Position numbers and translations under genes: made by a program. Source: Lysobacterales bacterium (GTDB lineage Bacteria; Pseudomonadota; Gammaproteobacteria; Xanthomonadales; BPKI01). From it: a DNA stretch of 64,000 nt. Under the pieces are notes generated by a model. That model had not been told where the DNA came from. It saw nothing but the letters and a program-made list of their open reading frames with translations, and made no database searches. This document shows positions 10,391 to 18,285 of the stretch, piece by piece. Positions within the stretch are counted from its first letter, which is position 1, and each line of letters opens with the position of its first letter. The stretch spans positions 918,392 through 982,391 of the forward strand of contig BPKI01000001.1 of NCBI GenBank assembly GCA_026005055.1, written 5' to 3'.

Positions 10391-10478
10391 CCGAACACCG
10401 TCATGCTGGGAGCAGGGGGTTTCGCATCTGTATCCCGGTGGACGGAAGCCCTGTGATCGTTCCGTTAGGAGTGTTGCC

Positions 10479-11960
10479 ATGAGAAGAAACAAGCTGAGCA
10501 CGGCGATCTTCGCCGGCATCGCGGGCGGGGCGGGCATCGCCGCTACCGGCAACGCCGCGCTCTACCTCAATCCAGATGGCACCGGCCAGGTGCTCATCTA
10601 TCCCTACTACACGGTCAACAACAACCTTCAGACCCTGATCTCGGTCGTCAACACGACCGACCAGGGCAAGGCAGTCAAGGTCCGCTTCCTCGAGGGCCGG
10701 AACAGTAAGGAAGTCCTCGACTTCAACCTGTACCTCTCCGAGTTCGACGTGTGGACGGCAGCGATCATCTCGGCCTCGTCGGATACCTCCGGGCCCGGCC
10801 GGCTGATCACGGCCGACCGTTCGTGCACGGCGCCGGCCATCCCCTCAGGCGGCGTGGATTTCCGTAACTTCGTGTACGCGGCGACCTCGGCCGACTCGGG
10901 TCCGGGCGCGCTCTCCCGTACGCGCGAAGGCCACATCGAAATGATCGAGATGGGTGTGGTTCGCAATGCGGCTCCGTTTACGCCGCTCACCTGGATTACC
11001 CACGTGAGTGGTACGCCGGCGAATTGCCCCCAGATTCGTGCGGCGTGGTCTCCCGGCGGGCAGTGGACGGTGAATCCGTTGACGGCGATCGATCCGCCTA
11101 CGGGTGGGTTGTTCGGTGCCGCAGCGATCGTGGATGTGGCCAATGGCGTGATGTACACCTACAACGCCGAAGCGATCGATGCCTTCCGGGCTACGGCGAA
11201 CCACACGGATCCGGGCAGCGTGTTCCCCTCGCTGGCGGATAACGACACGGCTCCGACTGCCCGCGCGAGCATCACGTTCTATAACGGCGTGGCGGTCAAT
11301 GCGTCGTGGCCGGTTGGTCAAGCGATCGATGCCACCTCCTCGGTGTTCATGCATAGCGCTCTGGTCAACGAGTACGCGCTCGACACCGTGTTGCGGGCGG
11401 ATACCGAGTGGGTGGTGACCTTCCCGACCAAGCGCTTCTACGTCGACCAGGCGACGCTCGGTGCCGCGGCGCCCATTCAGCCGTTCACTCGCCGCTTCCC
11501 GGCTGCGGGTGTTTCCACCCCAGCCGCGGGCCGTGCTTGCGTGGACATCGGAATCCAGATCTACGACCGCGAAGAGGGGCGTCCTGGTCCCGGTGGCATC
11601 GACTTCTCGCCGCCGCCTCCCGGTGCGACGGGTCCGCAGCTTTGCTGGGAGGCTCAAGTGATCTCCTTCAATCAGGGTGATCGTGTCACCGCTGGTCAGC
11701 CCTCGAAGCTGCTCGGTTCGACGCTCTACACCAACATCGATGCCGCTGCGTTCGGCTTCCAGAACGGCTGGGTGTCGCTGGACTTCGACACGGTTCCGGC
11801 GCATCAACTGCGTCCCTCGGTCGAAGGCTTCGACTTCGTCGGTCTTCCGGCGACGGGCTTCTCGATCTCGCGTTACATCAACGCTGCTGCCGCTCCGGGT
11901 GTCCTCGCGAACTACTCGGGTCTGTGGAAGCATCGTGGCGAGCGGACGATCCTGCCCTGA
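10479..11960 (+). CDS. Secreted cell-surface protein, S-layer candidate (493 aa)
   Basis: AGGAG RBS 10467-10471; Sec signal MRRNKLSTAIFAGIAGGAGIAATGNA; LNPDGTGQVLIYPYYTV and AVKVRFLEGRNSKEVLDFNLYLS motifs I recognise from proteobacterial cell-surface proteins; Ala/Gly/Thr/Pro rich; own promoter and terminator. Confidence 0.8.
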   Translation: MRRNKLSTAIFAGIAGGAGIAATGNAALYLNPDGTGQVLIYPYYTVNNNLQTLISVVNTTDQGKAVKVRFLEGRNSKEVLDFNLYLSEFDVWTAAIISASSDTSGPGRLITADRSCTAPAIPSGGVDFRNFVYAATSADSGPGALSRTREGHIEMIEMGVVRNAAPFTPLTWITHVSGTPANCPQIRAAWSPGGQWTVNPLTAIDPPTGGLFGAAAIVDVANGVMYTYNAEAIDAFRATANHTDPGSVFPSLADNDTAPTARASITFYNGVAVNASWPVGQAIDATSSVFMHSALVNEYALDTVLRADTEWVVTFPTKRFYVDQATLGAAAPIQPFTRRFPAAGVSTPAAGRACVDIGIQIYDREEGRPGPGGIDFSPPPPGATGPQLCWEAQVISFNQGDRVTAGQPSKLLGSTLYTNIDAAAFGFQNGWVSLDFDTVPAHQLRPSVEGFDFVGLPATGFSISRYINAAAAPGVLANYSGLWKHRGERTILP

Positions 11961-11982
11961 TCGTTCGGTCATCCGGCCTTCG

Positions 11983-12013
11983 GAACCCCCGCTTCGGCGG
12001 GGGTTCTTTTTTT
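11983..12013 (+). terminator. Rho-independent terminator
   Basis: GAACCCCCGC-TTCG-GCGGGGGTTC perfect 10-bp stem followed by T7. Confidence 0.95.
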
Positions 12014-12469
12014 GTCTCACCGTCGGAGAATCTTCGGCGTAGCGACCGACCCGCCGCTAGGATCCGGCAAGAATGGCGGTGCTGCTTAGGATGGATTTCA
12101 GGTGAACGATCACGCCGTGCCCGCCGCGTTCCCCGGCCGGATGAATCGCCGCAAGGGCTCAGGCCGTGGGCAGGGTGCTCAGGAAGCGCGAGACCTTGAT
12201 ACCCAAGGACGACATGATTTCAGCAGCGGTGAGGACGTGCTCCGCGCTCGGGAGGGCCGGGTGACGAAGACGACCGTGGCTCACGTGCCACATGTCTTTT
12301 TGCCTCCAGTCGGAGCAATGACTCCGCAGATCGGAAGCGAGATTCCCTCTCAAGCCCGAACAACCTAGGGTGCGAGTGGCTTCTCCGGCGCGGCGAGGTG
12401 CATTATCCTTCCCCCGGTAACTATTCAATTTTCTCTCGTGTCGAGGTGGTGATCGTGGTGACGACTAAG

Positions 12470-13765
12470 ATGCGTTCCGTGAAGCTGGCCGCTTTGAGCA
12501 CGGCGCTGGTGCTCGCTGGCGGCAGCCAAGCGGTGGATTTGATCCTGAGCACGGCGAACGGACCTTGCACGTTGCCGCTCACCAGCGGAAGCAACGTCAC
12601 CATCGATCCGAACACCGGCAACGTTCTCGCGAGCGTCGCCACGGGGGCGAGCTGTCCCCAGCTCGCGGGCAATGCGCCGTTGACCGTCACCAAGACGGGC
12701 GCTGGTTCGGGCACGGTCGTGAGCTCGCCTCCGGGGATCAACTGCGGTGCGAGCTGTTCGGCGCAGTTTCCTTCGGGATCGACCGTGAGTCTCACGGCCA
12801 GTGCCGGATCCGGTTCGATCTTCGCCGGTTGGTCCGGGGATTGCACGGGCACTGGATCGTGCACGGTGACCATGACCGCAGCTCGCAACGTCACGGCGAC
12901 CTTCAACGTCGCACCGACCTATCAGCTCACCGTGAACAAGGCAGGCACCGGCAGCGGAACCGTGACGAGTAGTCCTTCGGGAATCAGCTGCGGCTCCACT
13001 TGTTCGGCCAACTTCAACCAGGGCTCCACCGTCACGTTGACCGCGACGCCCGATTCCGGCTCGACCTTCGCGGGATGGAGCGGAGGCGGATGCTCGGGTA
13101 CGGGCTCCTGTTCGGTGACGATGAGCACCAACCAGACGGTGACGGCGACGTTCAACACGGGAAGCAGCACCCCACCCGGTTGCGATGGCGTGAACGCGCC
13201 TGCAGTGATCGCCAATCGGATGACCAGTACGACCGTGTTCGTGAATTTTGTTCCGCCCGAGATGACCGTGGATGCGACGTCCTACGCCGACATCTTCCGC
13301 CAGGCGATGACGGCTGGGGGTGCCCCCCCCGTACCTTGGCCGGGTCAAACGACACCGAGGGCGGTGCGGATCGCGAAGACGGGCCATATCGCGGCGCAAT
13401 TCACCGTGCCCGCCGACACGACATACGTTCGTTGGGATCTGTCCTTCGAGGTTCAAGGCGATCCCGCCGGATCCGCCGTTCCTCAACTTTTGCCCTACGC
13501 GACCATCTCGCGTTGTCCTGGCAACTTCAACACCACCGGCCCGAATGCGGTCCACCCGAACTGCGTCTGGCCGGCAGCGCCGGGAAGTTGGAGCATGCAA
13601 GTCGTCGCGAATGCGAGCACTTACTCGGGTAGCCGCTGTCCGATCGAGAAGGGGCAGACCTATTACCTCAATTTGGCGCATTGGAGTCCGAGTGCGCCGA
13701 CCGAGGCCGGCTGCACGGGTACGACGCAGTGCAGCATCGCTGTCCGCTCGCTCGCCTATGAGTGA
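12470..13765 (+). CDS. Secreted Cys-rich protein with two divergent InlB B-repeat (Flg_new_2-like) domains
   Basis: Signal MRSVKLAALSTALVLAGGSQA; two LTVxKxGxGSGTVxSSPxGIxCGxxCSAxF...FAGWSGxCxGTGSCxVTM...VTATFN units; start could be GTG 12455/12458. Confidence 0.85.
   Translation: MRSVKLAALSTALVLAGGSQAVDLILSTANGPCTLPLTSGSNVTIDPNTGNVLASVATGASCPQLAGNAPLTVTKTGAGSGTVVSSPPGINCGASCSAQFPSGSTVSLTASAGSGSIFAGWSGDCTGTGSCTVTMTAARNVTATFNVAPTYQLTVNKAGTGSGTVTSSPSGISCGSTCSANFNQGSTVTLTATPDSGSTFAGWSGGGCSGTGSCSVTMSTNQTVTATFNTGSSTPPGCDGVNAPAVIANRMTSTTVFVNFVPPEMTVDATSYADIFRQAMTAGGAPPVPWPGQTTPRAVRIAKTGHIAAQFTVPADTTYVRWDLSFEVQGDPAGSAVPQLLPYATISRCPGNFNTTGPNAVHPNCVWPAAPGSWSMQVVANASTYSGSRCPIEKGQTYYLNLAHWSPSAPTEAGCTGTTQCSIAVRSLAYE
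12680..13156 (+). repeat. Tandem intragenic domain repeat (2 x about 76 aa)
   Basis: Unit 1 12680-12907, unit 2 12926-13156, four Cys each, clearly alignable. Confidence 0.9.
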
Positions 13766-13767
13766 GT

Positions 13768-13865
13768 GGCTTCGGTCTTCGAAAGGTCGTGTGGCGCGCC
13801 TGAGGTCGTTTGCTCGCCGCGCCTAGGCGGAGCTTGACGCGTGTGGGCCGTCCGAGACCGAAGCC
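13768..13865. repeat. Inverted repeat closing a 98-nt hairpin
   Basis: GGCTTCGGTCT (13768-13778) / AGACCGAAGCC (13855-13865), perfect 11 bp, with further internal pairing. Confidence 0.7.
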
Positions 13866-13892
13866 GGGGCCCGAGGACAAGGCAGAATTCCA

Positions 13893-14813
13893 GTGCTGGC
13901 ACAGTTCCCGTTTCTGCTCGGCCGTGCGCTGATGGCGGCGACGGTCGTGGTGTCTGGTGGAGGGCAGTCCGTTTCCCTCGAGGACGTGGACGCCCGTGTC
14001 GCCCGTATTCCTGCGCAGGACCGCGGCACCTTCATGGACAGCCCGCGGCGGATTGAGGAGCTTCTGCGTCAGCTGCTGACCCACAAGCAGCTGGCCGCTC
14101 GGGCGCGGGAAGCAGGCTTGGACCAGGGCGAGGACTTCGAGGCCGAGGTGCGGGTTGCGGTCAATGAAATCCTCGCCCGGCGGTATCTCGAGCATATCGA
14201 GCGCACGACGCCGCGGCCGGACTTCGAGAAGGCGGCACGTGAACGCTACCTGGCGGATGCCTCCCTCGGAACGATTCCCGAGAATCGCGAGGTGTCGCAC
14301 ATTCTGGTCTCGACGCAAGGCCGGTCGGAAGCGGAAGCGCTCGCCAAGGCGCGGCAGCTCCGTGCGCAGCTGCTCGCCGATCCCTCGCGCTTCGAGGCGC
14401 TCGCCGAGAGCGAGTCGGACGACCCCTCGGCCAAGCAGAATCGCGGTCGCCTCGGGCCTTTGCGGCCGGAGTTCGTCGAGGAGTTCAACGAGGCTGCTCG
14501 TCGGCTCGCCAAGGTGGGCGACATCAGCGAGCCGGTCCGGACGAGCTTCGGGTTTCATCTGATCCGCCTCGATCGTCTCGATCCGCCGCGCCGCCAAAGT
14601 TTCGAGGAGGCGCGTCCTGCGCTGGTGATGAGGCTCGAGCAGGAATGGTTGCAGAGCCTCCGCCGGCGGGTCTTGGACGAGGTCCAGGGGCAACCGATCG
14701 AGGCCGATCCCGACTTGGTGGCCTCTCTGCGCTGGCGTTACCTGCCGCCGGAGATCGCCAAACAACGGCAAGCCGAGTACGAAGCCTGGAAGAAGAGCTC
14801 GGCGACTCACTGA
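13893..14813 (+). CDS. Parvulin (PpiC-type) peptidyl-prolyl isomerase, PrsA/EpsD-like
   Basis: VSHILV, FEALAESESDDPS, GRLG, EFNEAA, GDISEPVRTSFGFHLIRL. Confidence 0.9.
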   Translation: MLAQFPFLLGRALMAATVVVSGGGQSVSLEDVDARVARIPAQDRGTFMDSPRRIEELLRQLLTHKQLAARAREAGLDQGEDFEAEVRVAVNEILARRYLEHIERTTPRPDFEKAARERYLADASLGTIPENREVSHILVSTQGRSEAEALAKARQLRAQLLADPSRFEALAESESDDPSAKQNRGRLGPLRPEFVEEFNEAARRLAKVGDISEPVRTSFGFHLIRLDRLDPPRRQSFEEARPALVMRLEQEWLQSLRRRVLDEVQGQPIEADPDLVASLRWRYLPPEIAKQRQAEYEAWKKSSATH

Positions 14814-15108
14814 TTTCCGTGGCACCGAGCGCCAAGCGTCAGCGGCAACGGGACGGAGGAACGGCGAACCGAAGCCGCGCGCGCCCCGCCCTGGCGCGAT
14901 GCAGCCGGGCATTGCAGGAGCCGCCTCGGCCTGCCTGAGCGATGCCGAGCCTGTTGCCCACGCTTCGGGCCGATGGTCGCACGCCTCGGCTATACGGGTC
15001 GAGGAATGGCGTGCGTCGCGAAGCCTGGAAGGAACTTTGAGCGCACGGCATCTCGGGCGACGGGGGAAAGGCGGGAGCGGTGCGGGCATGCGCTAGACTC
15101 GCGCGGCG

Positions 15109-15882
15109 ATGACGCCCCGCTGCGACCTCTTCCGCCATTTCGTCCGGCAGGAGCTCAAGCGCCGATACCTCGGGACCTTGGGCTCTGCGGCTTGGGCGCT
15201 CATTCATCCGCTCGTCCAGTTCGCGGTCTATGCGACCGTCTTCGCGGTGATCTTCGCTGCGCGGGTGCCCGAGCGGCCGGAGGTTCCTTTCGGCGCATGG
15301 CTTGCGATCGCGCTGTGGCCTTGGTTCGCCTTCTCCGAGGCGATCAGCCGGGCGGCTGCCATCGTTCCCGAACATGCCGCCCTGATCGGGAAAGTCGCCC
15401 TTCCGATCGAGCTGCTGCCACTAGCGGTGGTGGCGGCGAGTTTCTTCCTGCATGGCCTGGGTTACTCGGTCGTTCTCCTGGCGCTCGCGGTGATGGGCTA
15501 CCCATTGAGCCCGTGGGGTTTGCTTCTGGCGCCTGCGCTGTTGGCGGTGCTCTTTGCGCTCGCGCTCGGTGTCGCGCTCGCGGTCGCGGCGCTCTCGGTC
15601 TTTCTGCGAGACGTGGCGCAGATCACGGCGCAGCTTCTGATGCTCGCTTTCTTCCTGACGCCGATTTTTTACTCCCGGGAGATGCTGCCGGAGCCTTGGC
15701 GGCCGATGCTCGATCTCAATCCGCTGACCGCCGTGGTCGAGGGATTGCGTTACGCTTGGCTCGACACGCCCCCTCCGACCGCGCAGGGGATCGCTCTCGC
15801 GCTGGCCTACGCGGCGTCGTTCCTGTTCGGCGGTTGGTGGCTTTTCCGCCGTACCGCGGGTCACTTCCACGATTACCTGTGA
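15109..15882 (+). CDS. wzm: ABC-2 polysaccharide exporter permease Wzm
   Basis: RYLGTLGSAAWALIHPL, LIGKVALP, RDVAQI, FFLTPIFY, LNPLT; 6 TM. Confidence 0.93.
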   Translation: MTPRCDLFRHFVRQELKRRYLGTLGSAAWALIHPLVQFAVYATVFAVIFAARVPERPEVPFGAWLAIALWPWFAFSEAISRAAAIVPEHAALIGKVALPIELLPLAVVAASFFLHGLGYSVVLLALAVMGYPLSPWGLLLAPALLAVLFALALGVALAVAALSVFLRDVAQITAQLLMLAFFLTPIFYSREMLPEPWRPMLDLNPLTAVVEGLRYAWLDTPPPTAQGIALALAYAASFLFGGWWLFRRTAGHFHDYL

Positions 15883-17060
15883 GCGAGCCCCTTCTTCTCG
15901 AAGCCCGGGGTTTGTGTAAGCGCTACCCTAGAACCGGTACCGGCCGCGAGCGCCTGCTCTCGCTGTGGAGCTTGCTGCGCGGCCGTGAGCGCTCCGATGC
16001 GATCGAGGTGCTCAAGCCGCTCGATCTCTTCGTCCGTCGTGGCGAGTCGCTCGGCATCATCGGCGAGAACGGCGCAGGAAAGTCCACCCTCCTCAAGCTG
16101 GTGACCGGGGTGATACGACCTTCCGCTGGCGTGGTGAGAATTCACGGTCGGGTCGGCGCCCTGCTCGAACTCGGTGCCGGTTTCCATCCCGAGCTGTCGG
16201 GGCGTGAAAACGTGCGTGCGAGCGCTTTGTTGAGCGGGATGAGCGCGGCCGAAGTGGAGGCACGCATGGAGGAGATTCTCGCCTTCGCCGACATCGGTCG
16301 GGCGGTGGACGAACCGGTCAAGCATTATTCGACCGGCATGGTCGTCCGCCTCGGTTTTGCGGTGATCGTCGCGCTTCGGCCCGAGCTTCTGATCACCGAC
16401 GAAGTGCTCGCCGTTGGCGACGAATCGTTCCAGAAGAAGTGCATCGCCTGGCTCGAGGACTATCTTTCGGCCGGCGGCACGCTGTTGCTCGTGTCGCACA
16501 GCATGTACCACGTGCAGAAACTCTGCCGCCGCGCGCTGTGGCTGAAGGATGGGGCGGTCGCGGCCCAAGGCGACGTCTTCGAAGTGACCCAGGCCTACCT
16601 CGCGTACCATGAACGCAAGCAGGCCCGGAGTCGAGCCGAGACCGCACGCGGCTCCTCTGCGGAGGGGTATCGGATCATCTCCGCCGAGCTCAACGGGGAG
16701 ACGGCGCGCGACGGCCTGATCCTGCTTCAAGGTGCGGAGCTCGAGATCCGCGCCGAGGTGGACTCGCCCGACGATCGGCCGCCGGTGCTCGCGGTCGGAA
16801 TCGTGCGCCTGGATGGGACGCCGGTCTATGGGGTCAGCTCGGAAATGGACGGAGCCCGGCCGGAACGCATCGAAGCCCGCCGCTATCGCTTCCGCCTGCG
16901 CTTTCCGGAACTGCCTTTGCTGCCCGGGGGTTATGCCCTGCGGGTGCATCCGCTCGATCCCGAGGGGCTGAGGCTCTTCGACACGGCGGAGTGGGAGTTC
17001 TTCGTGCGAGGGGAGTCGCGCGAGTTCGGGATGGTGCGTCTGCCCCATCGCTGGGAATGA
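15879..17060 (+). CDS. wzt: Polysaccharide ABC exporter ATPase Wzt with C-terminal Wzt-C domain
   Basis: GENGAGKST, LLELGAGFHPELSGREN, YSTGMVVRLGF, DEVLAVGDESFQKKC, plus about 140-aa beta-rich C-terminal extension; GTGA overlap with wzm. Confidence 0.93.
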   Translation: MSEPLLLEARGLCKRYPRTGTGRERLLSLWSLLRGRERSDAIEVLKPLDLFVRRGESLGIIGENGAGKSTLLKLVTGVIRPSAGVVRIHGRVGALLELGAGFHPELSGRENVRASALLSGMSAAEVEARMEEILAFADIGRAVDEPVKHYSTGMVVRLGFAVIVALRPELLITDEVLAVGDESFQKKCIAWLEDYLSAGGTLLLVSHSMYHVQKLCRRALWLKDGAVAAQGDVFEVTQAYLAYHERKQARSRAETARGSSAEGYRIISAELNGETARDGLILLQGAELEIRAEVDSPDDRPPVLAVGIVRLDGTPVYGVSSEMDGARPERIEARRYRFRLRFPELPLLPGGYALRVHPLDPEGLRLFDTAEWEFFVRGESREFGMVRLPHRWE

Positions 17061-17881
17061 TGTTCACCGTCATCATTCCCGTCTTCGACGCCCCAGAGGC
17101 GCTTGCGCGCTGCCTCGATAGCCTCGATGTCAGGGGGCTTGAGCAGGCGAGCGTGCTCATCGTCGATGATGCTTCGCGCGACCCGAGGACGGGACGGCTG
17201 ATCGAAGCCTTCGTCGCGCGGGATCCCGCACGGCGCCGGAGCATCCGAAATCCGGAGAATCGCGGCTTCGTGCATTCGGTGAACCGCGGGTTCCGAGAGA
17301 GCGAGGGCGATGTGGTGCTGCTCAACTCGGACACGGTGGTGACCTCGGGTTGGCTTCAGGGTCTTCGCCGCTGCCTCGACAGCGATCCGCGCATCGCCAC
17401 CGCCACGCCATGGTCGAACAACGCCACGATTTGCTCTTTGCCGCGCTTCCTCGAGGCGAACCCGGAGCCCGAAGACCCCGAGCGCTGGGCGAAAGCGGTG
17501 CGCGCCAAGGGCGCGCCGATCTATCCCGCGATCCCGACGGCGGTGGGCTTCTGCATGGCGATTCGCCGGCAGGCGCTTCGCGAGCTCGGCGACTTCGACG
17601 AGGCCACGTTCGGCCGCGGCTACGGCGAGGAAAACGACTTTTGCATGCGCGCCGCCGCCTTCGGTTGGCGCCACGTGCTCTGCGATGACGTCTATGTCGT
17701 GCACCAGGGAGGTGCCTCGTTTTCCCTCACCGGTGAGAAGCCAGGCGGACAGGCACTCGCCCGCCTTTCCGCCCGCTATCCGCACTACGAGCGGATGATT
17801 GCCGAATTCATCGCGGCCGACCCGCTCAGACCGCTTCGCGAGGCGGCGATCCTCGCCTTCGAACGCCTCGAGGATGCCTGA
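17057..17881 (+). CDS. Glycosyltransferase family 2
   Basis: VIIPVF, IVDDAS, NRGFVHSVNRG, LLNSDT, GYGEENDFCMR. Confidence 0.93.
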   Translation: MMFTVIIPVFDAPEALARCLDSLDVRGLEQASVLIVDDASRDPRTGRLIEAFVARDPARRRSIRNPENRGFVHSVNRGFRESEGDVVLLNSDTVVTSGWLQGLRRCLDSDPRIATATPWSNNATICSLPRFLEANPEPEDPERWAKAVRAKGAPIYPAIPTAVGFCMAIRRQALRELGDFDEATFGRGYGEENDFCMRAAAFGWRHVLCDDVYVVHQGGASFSLTGEKPGGQALARLSARYPHYERMIAEFIAADPLRPLREAAILAFERLEDA

Positions 17882-18285
17882 GCGCGGTCATCCCGAGGCT
17901 CGGCATCCCCCTTGGCATCAAGACGGCGATCGGAAGCTCGAGAGCGCCTCGCACCCCTGGGGGTCATCCGCATCGGCCCTCTCGTATCATCGATGCCTCG
18001 GCAAGCCGCTTGTGGCGAGGCAAGCCGGGAAAGGGCCAGGCGCTCGCAAGGGCGCACCGGAGCGGAGCGTGGACCTCGGTGGTACGGTTCGAGGCAGACG
18101 GCCTCGGCGCGAAGCGTGCTCGACCCGGTCGTGCCTTGTCGTGCCTCCACCGGCGCTTCGTGCCGGATCGCGAGGCCGCTGGATGAAGGAGCCCTTGCGC
18201 GAGAGAGCGCGCCGAATTGGCGCACACCCCGCATTCGTCCCCGCTTCGCGCTTAGACTGGGTGTCCCCTTGACCAGCCCATCCCG

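Noticed and set aside
12102-12428. Small ORFs 12102-12368 (+) and 12159-12428 (-)
   Set aside because: No recognisable motif or convincing codon pattern; treated as regulatory spacer
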